NCBI GenBank assembly: GCA_951406725.2
Contig: OX597818.1
Coordinates: 142,228,001-142,292,000, forward strand
Length of the DNA stretch: 64,000 nucleotides
DNA from: Octopus vulgaris
Lineage: Eukaryota
Direction: 5' to 3'
Both the position numbers and the translations under genes were made by a program. The notes under the pieces were generated by a model. It searched no databases, was not told the origin of the DNA, and saw nothing but the letters and a program-made list of their open reading frames with translations. Shown here piece after piece: positions 1 to 12,372 of the stretch (position 1 is the first letter of the stretch; every line of letters begins with the position of its first letter).

Positions 1-27
1 ATAATGATAATAGTAATAATAATAATG

Positions 28-76
<49 letters not shown>

Positions 77-86
77 TAATAATAAT
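1..86. repeat. (AAT)n microsatellite
   Basis: Direct reading of the sequence. Confidence 0.95.
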
Positions 87-696
87 CAGGGTATAAAAGA
101 GAAGTTGTAGGGTATTGTGCAGTGACAGGTAAGAGATGAGGTGGGAAGGACCACACACCCTCCTTCCTCCCCCTAATCCAGTTTTCCCCACCCTCCACCA
201 TCCTGTTTCAAGATAGTGATTTATGAAGAGTTAAGGAATGACATGCACAAACAGATGCAACATAATGGGAATAAATGAGATGGTGAAATAGGGGTGGGTG
301 GGGTGGCAGTTAAGATGAAGATGAGCATGAGTAAATGTTGGTGTTGGTAGTGGTTGTGGTGGTACTGTTTGAGAGACAGACAGACAGAGCAGGGTGGTTA
401 CAGATAGGCCTGAAAGTGGTGGTGTTAGTAGTGGTTATAATGGAGGTAGTAATGGTTGAGAGCGAGCGGGGCGTGGGGGAGTAAATATGGGCAGACCACC
501 ACACTCCACCCCACCCCACCCCCGTGGTGGAAGTGGTATTAGTGAGGATGGTGAGCTTTAACATGACAGTGGTGGTGGTGGTGGTGGTGGTGGTGGTGGT
601 GGCAGCTTAGGAGAAAGTTAAATGACTCAAAAATATTACAGAAGAATGTGGCAAGAAAAGAAAATATATTGTCTCGGAGCAGGAATGACTCAACCA

Positions 697-756
<60 letters not shown>

Positions 757-900
757 ATTGCATATGTTGTATGTGTGTGCACATTCATGTACATGTATAT
801 ATGTGTACAGAGCATATGCATGTATGCATGTATGTATGTATGTATGTATGTATGTATGTATGTATGTATGTATGTATGTATGTATGTATGTATTTATGTA
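697..900. repeat. (GT)n and (ATGT)n microsatellites
   Basis: Direct reading; source of the spurious CVCV/MYVC ORFs. Confidence 0.95.
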
Positions 901-1170
901 TGTGTATTGAGTGCATGCATGTATAGATGTGTATACAGCTTATGTGAGTGTGTGCATATATAAGTGTGTGTGTGTGTGTGTGTTTGTGTGTCTACGGAGT
1001 GTGTGTAATATAACCAGCCAGCCAGCCAGTTAGCTTGTCAGACAAACAGACAGAGACACAAATAGACTGATACGCAGACAGATAGGTAAATAGATAGACA
1101 GACAGACAGTATTAGAATTTTAAAAAGATATAAACAAAACATATGTCTACATGCACACGTGTGTGTGTGT

Positions 1171-1201
<31 letters not shown>

Positions 1202-1499
1202 CATGAGCATCCATTTATTTGTTCAACTGAACCATTATCATCCCACTCTTTATGTAATCCACAGCATGACACACTATGTCACAAAGCAGGGCCTATAAAT
1301 TACAAGCACAACACAATACAGTAGGCTTCCACACAGTTTCCATCAAGCAATTTTACTTCTAAGGCTTTGAGTTGATCCAAGGCTGTAATAAAAGGCACCT
1401 CCCCAAGAAGCCATGCACTGAGATTGACCCCAGAACCTCATGGTTGTGCAGCAAACTTCTTCAGCAGTTGGCCCATGTCTACATGTTTCATTTATATTA

Positions 1500-1828
1500 A
1501 AACTGGCATTTCATCAGTTACGAAGACAAGGGTTCCAATTGATCCGATCAACGGAACAACCTGCTCGTAAAATTAACATGCAAGTGGTTGAGCACTCCAC
1601 GGACATGTGTACCCTTAACGTAGTTCTCAAGGAGATTCAGTGTGACACAGAGTGTGACAAGGCTGGCCCTTTGAAATACATGTACAACTCATTTTTGCCA
1701 GCTGAGTCGATGGGGGCAATGTGAAATAAAGTGTCTTGCTCAAGGACACTATGCATCACTGGGAATTGAACTCATGACCCAAAGATTGTAAGCAGAATAT
1801 CCTAACTACTAAGCCACACATCTTCACA
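1500..1828 (-). mobile_element. tRNA-derived SINE, family D head (CORE-like central segment), diverged
   Basis: Reverse complement contains CTTGAGCAAGACACTTTATTTCACATTGC...ACTCAGCTGGCAAAAATGAG, as in 18805-19052; its 3' half resembles 13383-13570. Confidence 0.75.
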
Positions 1829-2909
1829 ATTTATGTATACACACACACATATATATATATAATTATGGAGATGTACTTGCATAGCAAGTGACTTGATCTG
1901 AGGTCGTGTGCTGAAACAAAAGCAATTGCAGCAAGGAAGATGATTGTAAGCCATTTAGGAACACACAAAAACAAATAAATAATATGGGTGGCTAATTCGC
2001 AATTTTTTAACCTATAGACAGAAATATAGATGTCACTAAAGTGACTAAGGGCGCTAATCAGCAACAGTATTGCTAGAAATAAGAGTCAAAACAACTCAAG
2101 AGCCACAGCAAGCATTGTCTTAATGATTATATATATACACCTTTACAATTTAAAACAATAAATTGTGGAACTTATAAAGATAATATATGAACACACTGTT
2201 TGTGTATAGATAGAGAGAGAGTGAGAGAGGCGGGGGAAAGAGAGAAAGAGAGAGATATAGATATGCATTTTTTTTTTTCACTTCCAGGGTCTGGAAGAAG
2301 GAGCAGTTCCCATAAATTTGTTGACAGGAGAAATGGCAATATCGCTGCTTGTTGCTCAGGATATTTGGAGAATTGCAAATGTAAACAAACACCCAAACAC
2401 ATTCATATACACACACATACACATGTGTATGTGTGTATGACAAGGTTCTTCCAGTTTCCATTTACGAAATCCACTTACAAGCCTTTGTTTAGCCATGGGC
2501 TATAGTTAAAGAATTTTGCTCAAGGTGCTGTGCATTAGAACTGAATCCAAAACCACACAACTGTGTGCGTGTATGTGCATGCATATACATATGTGTATAT
2601 GCATGCATGCATGCATGAGTGTGCACACATGCAACGTACATGACAAAGCTGAAGAGTTAATTCTGAAATTGTTTACATATTCTTTTACTTGTTTCAATTA
2701 ATAGACCATGGCCATGCTGGGCACCAAATAAGTTTCAGAAGTAATTCTACATATATTCTCCGACCTTTACGGAGACCAGCAGCAAGTTTGACTCCATAAT
2801 GTGAATTCCCTCCACAACAACGTTTATAATATAAAGAAAACATGGAGTTCCAAAGACATTTAATTTTATGCACCCTAACTTACACTACACACACACACGC
2901 GCACGCATC

Positions 2910-4072
2910 TATTGGGACATCTCATAAACAATGTAGTTTTTTCAATTGCATGAACTAAAAGTCAGAGGGATACGGGATAAACTACTTGCATCAATTTGCT
3001 ATAAAAAGCAGGTAGTAATTTTAACCTCTACTTATTCTTAGTGCAAGTTTTGAAAAGTGCAGTTCGATTTTAACAGTTATTTTTCCAAAGCTACAATGGA
3101 AGTGACAAAGGAGCATATTCAGTATATTTTGCTTTATGAGTTCAATAAAGGCAACAACACAGCAGAAAGCATGAGGAATATTAATGCAGTATATGGGGAT
3201 TGGACTATAAGCTAGTCTCAATGGTGGTTCCAAAAATTCCAAGCTGGAAAATACAGCCTAGAAGACAAGCCTCATCTTGGAAGATCTGTAGAGCTCAATG
3301 AGGATGTCCTGCAAACCTTGGTAGAACAAAATACCATCATAACTGTTGAGGAACTAGCAGAGAAGCCTGGATTTGGTCATTTAACCATTCATTGGTAAAG
3401 TCAGTAAATTGGGTCACTGGGTTCCTCACAATCTTTCCGAGTCTAATCACATGCAGAGAGAGAATGTGTGCTCTTCTTTGCTGTCATGTATCATGAATGG
3501 GCCTTTTTTCAACGGAATAGTAACTGGTGACAAGAAATGGGTTCTCTATAAAAATGTCAAATGCCAAAGACAGGGAAAGGAGAAACACCAGCACCCCAGG
3601 CTAAAGAAGATCTTCACCCACGTAACGTGTTGTTATCTAATTTGTGGGATATGAAAGGTTTAGTCCACTTTGAACTTTTAAACCTAAACCAAATAATAAC
3701 AAATGAAATCTACTGTGAGCAGCTTGAGTGGCTTCAGTCAGTGCTAGAAGAAAAACGACTATCTTTGGTTTCATGACAAACGATGTTCTTCCATCAATGT
3801 TTGGCCAAATACAGTAAGGATGACATTGCAAAGGCTGGAGCAGTTTGAATGGGAAATGATACACCACCCACCATATTCACCGGACATTGCCCCATTTGAT
3901 TATCATTTATTCTGCAGTCTTCAAAATCATTTGCATGGAAAAATATAAATTCTCTAGACGAGGTCAGAACAGTACTGGAGGAATATTCTTTATCATGGAC
4001 AAGTGAACTTTGAAGGGATGGGGGGGGGGGGCTTGCAAGTCTGCCAGATGGATGGAAGAGCATTGTAGAAAT
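2910..4072 (+). mobile_element. Degenerate mariner (Tc1/mariner) transposon with transposase pseudogene
   Basis: TA plus TIR-like TTGGGACATCTCATAAA at 2910. ATG at 3096 (MEVTKEHIQYILLYEFNKG). Hallmark motifs WVPHNL, IVTGDKKWV and HPPYSPDIAPFDYHLF are spread over frameshifted frames. The 3' end is replaced by an RTE fragment. Confidence 0.9.
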
Positions 4073-4222
4073 TGTGTGAGGAAATGCCACTCCCTAACTG
4101 TGAAAGGAACCTGTGGAAGAGGTAGACCCAGGAAGACATGGGATGAGGTGGTGAAGCATGATCTTCAAAACATTGGGTCTCACAGAGGCAATGACAGGAG
4201 ACTGAGACCTTTGGAGATATGC
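4073..4222 (+). mobile_element. RTE-clade LINE, ORF C-terminal fragment
   Basis: CVRKCHSLTVKGTCGRGRPRKTWDEVVKHDL; G.R.RGRPRKTW is the typical RTE C-terminal motif. Confidence 0.8.
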
Positions 4223-4275
4223 ACAAACTCAAATACATGAAAACATATATATATATATGCATACATATATGCATA

Positions 4276-4343
<68 letters not shown>

Positions 4344-4517
4344 ACACACACATACACATACACATGCATAGCATACACACACACACATACAGGTGTGTGT
4401 GTGTAATTACTGTGAATTATTGCTTTCTGTTATGTTGCTCTGTTTTTGTAGCTAACTCCATGCCACCATTGAGCATGATTCAAGGTATAAGACATTAAAA
4501 CTCTCTCTCTCATTCTA

Positions 4518-4581
<64 letters not shown>

Positions 4582-4949
4582 GTGGTGAAGAGTTTCTTTT
4601 GTGCTGCCATTAGTCTTTTTCTTGAAGAAACAAGTTTTTAATTTGTCAATAAATTATCATTAGGGTTGTTATGTGGTTTTGTCAAAGAAGTTGTAATTAG
4701 AGAAAATAACGATGTCATCCACCTTATTATATACTACGAGAGTGCAGTTGCTTGAGACAATAGGGTAGATAACAACTTCTATATTTGTCATTGATGATTA
4801 GTAGCTTGGTGTTGTATGTTTGTCATCAACACCCTTCTATGTACATAGCTTTCAAATAGTTCTGCCCACTTAGCTGTAAATAAGAGCAGCGTAGTATGAA
4901 AACAATCTATCACAAAGCAGTGGCAGCACTAAAACTTGAAGAGTGATTT

Positions 4950-5590
4950 CATCATCATCATCATCATCATTTAATGTCCGTTTTCCATGCTAGCATAGGT
5001 TGGACGGTTTTGACTGAGGGCTGGCAACCAGATGGCTGCACCAGGCCCCGGTCTTGATCTGGCAGAGTTTCTACAGCTGAATTCCCTTCCTAACGCCAAC
5101 CACTCCGGAAGTGTAGTGGGTGCTTTTTTACATGCCACCGGCATGGGGGCCAGTCAGGCAGTACTGGCACTGACCTCGCTCGAATCTTTTTACACGTGCC
5201 ACCGACACAGGTGCCAGTGAAGCGATGTTGGTAACGATCATGCTCGAATGGTGCCCTTTTACATGCCACGGGTACAGAAGTCAGTTGGCTGCTCTTGCAA
5301 CGAGCACCCTACTAGCACATGCATGAGTGCCAGTAAGGCGATGCTGGTAACGATCATACTCGAATAGCTGCTCTGTCAATGATCACACTCGTAAGGTGCT
5401 CTTTGCACCCCGCTAGCATGGATGCCAGTCATTGAAATGATTTTGATTTTGATTTTGATTTCACTTGCTTCAACAGGTCATCGCAAGCAAAGTTTTGTGA
5501 CCAAAGAAGGAAAAACTACGCATAAGCGGGCTGATTATGCTCCTGACATAGGCCACCGGTTGTGGTTTCATCTGGCTTGCCGGGTCATGT
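4950..5590 (-). mobile_element. RTE LINE 3' UTR fragment (family E) with (GAT)n tail and internal tandem subrepeats
   Basis: (CAT)n-TTTAATGTCCGTTTTCCATGCTAGC end and CCCTTCCTAACGCCAACCACTCC, shared with many copies in the window. Confidence 0.8.
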
Positions 5591-5815
5591 TCATCTTTTA
5601 TTTTTTACTTGTTTCGGTCACTAGGATGTGGCCATGCTAGGGTACAACCTTGAAGAATATTAGTCAAGTAAATCAACTCCAGTACATTTGTTTGTCATTT
5701 GTATGGTGGAGTCTCCATTGGTCCTGACAACCTTTCAGTTGTTCAACTGACTGAATTCTTATATGTGGTATCGCCATGTAAGTGGCTGGATATTCCTCAG
5801 ACACACATACTTTAA

Positions 5816-6623
5816 CCTTTTAGTATTCAGATCACACTGTTAAATGTAATCCCAATTTGTTCACATTGTTTAGAATTATGAGTGCATCATCTTGTAGCTT
5901 TGAAACTTCATTGATCTGAGTGTATATTTCTTTGATCTGAGTGTATATTTCTTTGATCTGAGTGTATATTTCATTGATCTGAGTGTATATTTCATTGATC
6001 TGAGTGTATATTTCATTGATCTGAGTGTATATTTCTTTGATCTGAGTGTATATTTCTTTGATCTGAGTGTATATTTCATTGATCTGAGTGTATATTTTAT
6101 TGATCTGAGTGTATATTTTATTGATCTGAGTGTATATTTCTTTGATCTGAGTGTATATTTCTTTGATCTGAGTGTATATTTCATTGATCTGAGTGTATAT
6201 TTCTTTGATCTGAGTGTATATTTCTTTGATCTGAGTGTATATTTCATTGATCTGAGTGTATATTTCATTGATCTGAGTGTATATTTTATTGATCTGAGTG
6301 TATATTTCTTTGATCTGAGTGTATATTTCTTTGATCTGAGTGTATATTTCTTTGATCTGAGTGTATATTTCTTTGATCTGAGTGTATATTTCTTTGATCT
6401 GAGTGTATATTTCATTGATTTGAGTGTATATTTCATTGATCTGAGTGTATATTTCATTGATCTGAGTGTATATTTCATTGATCTGAGTGTATATTTCATT
6501 GATCTGAGTGTATATTTTTACAATGACATTGTAGGGTAGGTGTGAGGGGCTGGATTTGGCTGGTTTAAACATGAAACAGTCAGAATATTTTGACCAGATG
6601 TGGCCAGTTTAAATGCTAAAGAG
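5816..6623. mobile_element. piggyBac-type non-autonomous element (MITE) with an internal minisatellite
   Basis: TTAA at 5812-5815 and 6624-6627; imperfect TIRs CCTTTTAGTATT / AATGCTAAAGAG (9/12 match). Confidence 0.7.
5907..6516. repeat. 21-bp minisatellite, ~29 units (TTGATCTGAGTGTATATT followed by TCA, TCT or TTA)
   Basis: Direct reading; 29 heptads in the minus-strand ORF 5832-6572. Confidence 0.97.
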
Positions 6624-6689
6624 TTAAATATCCTAATAATTATCAGGCCAGATCCAGATTAGCATGACACAGTATGGACAAGACTGGAT

Positions 6690-6826
6690 TGGAGTGGTTG
6701 GCGTTAGGAAGGGCATCCAGCTGTAGAAACACTGCCAGATCAGACTGGGCCTGGTGCAGCCTTCTGGTTTCCCAGACCCCAGTTGAACCGTCAAACCCAT
6801 GCTAGTTTGGAAAACAAACGTTAAAC

Positions 6827-6887
<61 letters not shown>
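6690..6887 (+). mobile_element. RTE 3' tail fragment (family E) with long (GAT)n
   Basis: GGAGTGGTTGGCGTTAGGAAGGGCATCCAGCTGTAGAAAC...CGTTAAACGATGATG. Confidence 0.85.
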
Positions 6888-6888
<1 letters not shown>

Positions 6889-7619
6889 GAGAAAAGAAGG
6901 AATAAAAAAAGTGTTTGTGCATGAAAGAGAGAGAGAGAAACAGACAGAGAGAAGATTGAACAGGAACTTGACATGTACTTTAGGACTGAAAAATGAAGCT
7001 GGCTTCAGTGGGATTTGAACTCAGTGAACGGAGAGTGTGAACAAATACTGTAAGTCACTCAATCCAGTACTTTAAGCCTCCACTGCTGTTTGTATACTCA
7101 GTCTTACAAACATATACGAGTGCAAGCGAGTGTGCACATGTGATTGCATAATATATGCAAGCATGCATGCAGTTAGACGCACAGAGAGTGACCGCCCTTC
7201 CCCACAACACAACACTACATATTTATATATACATATTTATATATACATATTTATATATACATATTTATATATACATATTTATATATACACCCTGGTGTCC
7301 ACCATATAAATGATTCATGGCAATTGTATGTTCTCCCCCCACCCAGCCCAGTCTTCACCATTGCCATTTCCTATGTTAAGCCGGCAGGGTTTCACATTCA
7401 CAATAGTAAGACACCCCAACACCACCACCACCACCATCATCATCATAATGAGGCTTTTACCAAAGAGGAAGGAGAGGAAGGAGAGGGTGTAGTCATTAGA
7501 AGAGTAGGAGGGAGGTATAGGTATGAGGTAATGGTTAAGGCTCTGTCTCATTGTTTATTCAATGAAGCCTGATTGATTTATGGTTATATGTATAGTTAGA
7601 GAGTATATTAGGGGACAAG

Positions 7620-7775
7620 GAGGTGGTAATGGTGGTGGTGGTGGTGGTGGTAGTAGTAATGGTGGTGGTGGTGGTTGTGGTGGTGGTGGTGGAGGTGGTG
7701 GTGGTGGTGGTGGTGGTGGTTGTGGTGGTGGTGGAGGTGGTGGTGGTTGTGGTGGTGGTGATGTTAATGGTGATC
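7620..7775. repeat. (GGT)n low-complexity repeat
   Basis: Direct reading. Confidence 0.9.
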
Positions 7776-9018
7776 TGGATTAGGATTTTGGATGCTGGCA
7801 GTTGCAATGGTAGTTGTGGTGGTTGTGTCAGTGGTTGAGGTTATGGTAGTGATCATGCACATAGTGGTGGGTGTGCTGGTGGTGTACTCTTTCATGCATG
7901 TCTTCAAATTGTTGTTGTTGTTGTTCATGTCACTGCAGATGTTGAAGGGGATAGTGTTACTGTTGTTGCTGTTGTTGTTGTTGTTGTTGCTTAATCTCAA
8001 GTTGGCAATGATCAAAGAGGTTTCACTGTATCCACGACAACATTATTTTTCTTTTTTCCGCCTTTTTATCTTTCAGTCATGAAGGAAGGCAATGCCCATG
8101 GCCCCTTTACAGAGCCCCCATCCCACTCCTGAACTAGCGGGAACAAGGAAGGTATCCTCAAACTGGAAACCTATCCCAAATGTTTGCAGTAAAGCAGACA
8201 CTGCCAAAAAGACACCCAGGGTGCCATGTGGTGGTGTTAAATCCGGTGACAGATAAAGTCTATCACCCAAGAAGGCCATGGTGGGAATTGAACTCAGAAC
8301 ACAACTCTTACAATACTACAAGGCATTCTACACTGACAGATGCTCTAACATTTTCTTTAATCCACCACCTGGAACTGGTACTTTATTTTTGCATGTTATT
8401 CATCATGATGATAATGATGATGATGTCCTACATTCTTGAAGGTTGTGATATGAGGGAAATTTGGTTTTTATTTCTAACAGGTAGCTTTTAAAGGCTCCAT
8501 AATTTGCTCAGTTGTTCTTGTTTTTTGTTGCAGTAGCAACAGTAGTAGTGGTGGTGGTGATTGTAGTGATGGTAGTAGTAGCAGTAGTAGTGGCAGCAGC
8601 AGTAGAAGTCTTAATATTAGTCTTGTCACACTAAACCAGAAGAACAACCAATTAATTGTAGTTACCTGTTCTTTGTAAAGACCACAAACTCCTTAAAAAG
8701 GGTCGGAAATATAGTATAACATTGTACTTCTTCACTCCACTGTCTTGTCTGCTTGCTATGCCATAGTAATCCAATTACTAAACAATTGAAAACTATTTGT
8801 AGTCAATTGCACCTTTTACTCTGTTAAAAATTGACTGGAAGTACAGTGCCAGAACAAAATTTTTTGTCCCTTTCTATTTTCTTAATAATGATTTCAAATT
8901 TTGGCAAAAGATCAGCAATTTTATGGGAGTGGGGTTAGTTGATTATAGGTGTTCAAATGGTAGGAGGTGGTATCAAAAGGTTCCCAAACTAATTATGTTT
9001 AATAAAAAAAATAACTTA

Positions 9019-9189
9019 GGCACAGGAGTGGTTATGTGGTAAGTAGCTTGCTTACCAACCACATGGTTCCGGGTTCAGTCTCACTGCATGGTACCTTGGG
9101 CAAGTGTCTTCTACTATAACCTCGGGCCGACCAAAGCCTTGTGAGTGGATCTGGTAGACAGAAACTGAAAGAAGCCCATCATACACATG

Positions 9190-9251
<62 letters not shown>

Positions 9252-9456
9252 TGTGTCTGTGTTTGTCCCCCAAAATCGCTTGACAACCGATGCTGGTGTC
9301 TTTACGTCGCTGTCACTTAGCGGTTCGGCAAAAGAGACCGATAGAATAAGTACCAGGTTACAAACAATAAATCCTGGGGGTCGATTTGCTCGACTAAAGG
9401 CGGTGCTCCAGCATGGCCACAGTCAAATGACTAAAACAAGTAAAAGAGTAAAAGAG
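9019..9456 (+). mobile_element. tRNA-derived SINE family A, full length, with internal (GT)n and GTAAAAGA tail
   Basis: A-box-like TGGTTATGTGGT and B-box-like GGTTCAGTC; many homologous copies in the window. Confidence 0.9.
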
Positions 9457-9624
9457 TATTAATATCATCTCCTTCAAAATAGTCAACTTGTGCAGCAATA
9501 CACCTGTATCTATTTTATTGAACCAAAAGGATGAAGGACAAAGTTAGAAAGTAAAAAAACCAGAAGAAATGCCACTAAGAATTTTGCCTGGCATGGTAAT
9601 GATTCTGTCAACCCATCACCTTCA

Positions 9625-10452
9625 TTTTCTTGATAATAATGGTTTTTAATATAAAAACAAGGCCAGCAATTTGAAGGGAAGCTGCTAGCCAATTACATCA
9701 ACCCTAGTACTTCATTTTAACTTACACTGACCCCCAGCAATTGACTAGTATGCTATTTTTCAAACATAAAAGAATGAAATGCCATATTGACTTTGGCGAG
9801 ATTTGAACTCAGGGTCAGCAGTTTTGAAAGATGAAGGTTAGTTGTATTACTGACCCCAGGACTTGGCTAGTACTTTATTTTACTGACTTCAAAAGAGCAG
9901 AAGGCAAAGTTGACTTTGGCTGGAACTGAACTCAGAAGATAAAGAACCAAAAAATTTCTACCTCTCCACTGCCAGAAGAATTCTACTAATCCATTGCCCT
10001 AATAATAATAATAAGGGTTTCTAATTTAGAAAGTAGGCCAGCAGTTTTGAGGGAAATGAGTTGATACCTTCAACTCTAATACTTGATTTGTACTTCATTT
10101 CGAGAGGATAAAAGGCAAAATTATTCTCAAACAGGATTTGAGCTGAGAATGTAAAGTGATGGAACAAACACTGCAAAGTATTTTTTTCAGCACTCTGACA
10201 ATTTTGCTAACCAACCACTCTAACAACAATAGCAGAATCACCACCAATAATAATAATAATACTTTCTATTATAGGCACAAGGCCTGAAATTTAGGGGAGG
10301 GGGATAGTCAATTACATCGACCCCAGTACTCAACTAGTACTTAATTTATCAACCCCAAATGGATGAAAGGCAAAGTCGACCTTGGCAGAATTTGAATTCA
10401 AGAGTGTAGAGACAGACAAAATGCTGCTAAGCATTTTGTCCAGCTTGCTACC
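9625..10452 (-). mobile_element. Tandem cluster of about 4 diverged tRNA-SINE family B copies, partly separated by (AAT)n
   Basis: Repeated GATGAAAGGCAAAGTCGACC...ATTTGAACTCAG segments homologous to 40057-40290. Confidence 0.7.
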
Positions 10453-10454
10453 AA

Positions 10455-10992
10455 GCCTTGGTGCAGTACCAGGCAGTGGCTCTCATGGCTTCTGGTCTTA
10501 ACTGATTGGAAGTATTATCATGTCTAGTCTTAGTATAAAAGATGGGCTACATCAAATACCACAGATTTGCTTGTCAGTTGCTTTGACCATGACCAGTTGA
10601 GCATGTCCCTTAGTGGCTGATGAAATGTGCATCTCTGATCATGAGCAAAGCTAGTGGGAGAGCATCATAGCCATGTGTTCTGAGGGATTCTTTGGGGTTT
10701 GAATAATTAACCCTTAGAAACGTAGGTATTTTGTTCATCATCCTTAAACAAACCTTATTCAGGCACCTTTTGAGTGAGATGGGCTGCTTGACCTAAAGAA
10801 AATTCTAGCTAGGCTCCCACCTGCAAGGTCATGTGCTGCTTATCTTGATATGAGGTTACCATGTTGTGCACATGTGGTTGTGATGCATGTGCCTAATTTA
10901 CTCTTATCAGATAGGTAGTCATGGCGGGTATATTGGGTTTCATATATTTGAACCCCAGCATCACTTTGATGGCATGTGCTGCTCTCTCACTC
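10455..10992. mobile_element. ~550-bp non-coding interspersed repeat (family F), followed by (AAT)n
   Basis: Homologous to 11564-12114 and 55546-56100. Confidence 0.85.
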
Positions 10993-11015
10993 AATAATGA
11001 TAATAATAATAATAA

Positions 11016-11523
11016 TCCTTTCTATTATAGGCACAAGGCCTGAAATTTGGTGGGAAGAGACTAGCCGATTACATCAATCTCAGTGCATAACTGGTACTTA
11101 ATTTATCTCCTTCACTCCTGCTCCAGAGCGTCAGCTGCGGGGTCATTCCGAAAAGCTCTACCTGCGACGATTTCATCTCAATCGAAGGAGAGGAGCTTTC
11201 TCCGTCCAGGTTGCGGATCCGTGGAACAAGCTGCCAGATGAGTTGGTGAAGATGCCAACGACCGCTTTGTTCAAAGCCTCCCTTGACCTCAAGTGGCCTG
11301 AACTCTTTACATGAACACCACCCTGTACTTAACTCCATGTCCCCCTACATGGCCTTGCTATTTGCTTTTGAGCCAAATTAACTAACTAACTAACTAACTA
11401 TCAACCCTGAAAGGATGAAAGGCAAAGTTAACCTCAGCAGAATCTGAACTCAGTACATAAAGATGGGTGAAACACTGCAAAGCATTTCGTCCAGCATGCT
11501 ACCAATTCTGCCAGCTCACTGCC

Positions 11524-11525
<2 letters not shown>
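11016..11525 (-). mobile_element. SINE family B interrupted by a CR1 fragment
   Basis: SINE sequence CTGGTACTTAATTTATC|AACCCTGAAAGGATGAAAGGC is split by the insert at 11108-11400. Confidence 0.85.
11108..11400 (+). mobile_element. 5'-truncated CR1-clade LINE: ORF2 C-terminus, 3' UTR and (AACT)n tail
   Basis: Open frame 11111-11314, FTPAPERQLRGHSEKLYLRRFHLNRRRGAFSVQVADPWNKLPDELVKMPTTALFKASLDLKWPELFT*, with the CR1 RGH..KL / WN.LP / FK..LD motifs. Confidence 0.9.
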
Positions 11526-11563
<38 letters not shown>

Positions 11564-11565
<2 letters not shown>

Positions 11566-12114
11566 CCCTGATGCAGTACCAGGCAGTGGCTCTCATGGCT
11601 TCTGATCTTAATTGATTGGAAGTGTTATCATGTACATTGTTTTGTCTTGGTAGAAAAGATGGGCTACAGCAAATATTCTGCTCAATACCACAGATTTGCT
11701 TGTCAGTTGTTTGACCTTAACCAGTTGAGCATGTCCCTTAGTGGCTGACGATATGTACATCTCTGATCACGAGCAGAAGTAGTGGGAGAGCATCATAGCC
11801 ATGTATTGAGAGGGATTCTTTGGGGTTTGAATAGTTCACCTCTGGAAACATGGGTGGTTCTTTCAACATCCTTAAACAATCCTTATTCAGAGACCTTTTG
11901 AGCGGATGGGCTACTCAACCTGAAGATTCTAACTGGGCCCCACCTGCAAGGTCATGTGCTGTTTATCTTGATATGAGATCACCATGTCGCGCACATATGG
12001 TTGTGATGCATGTGCCTGGTGTACCTTTATCAGACGGGTAGTCATGATGGGTATATTGGGCTTCGTATATTTTACCCCAGTGTCACTTTGATGGCATGAA
12101 CTGCTCTCTCACTC
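11564..12114. mobile_element. Family F repeat flanked by (AAT)n on both sides
   Basis: Near-identical to 55546-56100. Confidence 0.9.
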
Positions 12115-12282
12115 AATAATAATAATAATAATATAATAATAATATGATTAACAATAATGATTTCCTTTCTTTACCACAGGATATCCAATGCGGGAAACAT
12201 TTACAAGGATAGTTTATAATTTGTGTGGGGAAAAGATGGCATAAAATACAAATGTGTACAAAGTATTGGAAAACATGTATGA

Positions 12283-12372
12283 TGCACATTATTTACATTA
12301 TTTACATTTGACGGATATTTGTCCTCATCTTGACAAATATCCATCAAATGTAAATAAGGTAAATAATGTACA
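12283..12372. repeat. Inverted repeat: 41-bp arms with an 8-nt loop
   Basis: 12283-12323 matches the reverse complement of 12332-12372 with 3 mismatches. Confidence 0.9.

Noticed and set aside
5907-6516. Possible CRISPR array
   Set aside because: Contiguous tandem units with no unique spacers, in a eukaryotic context
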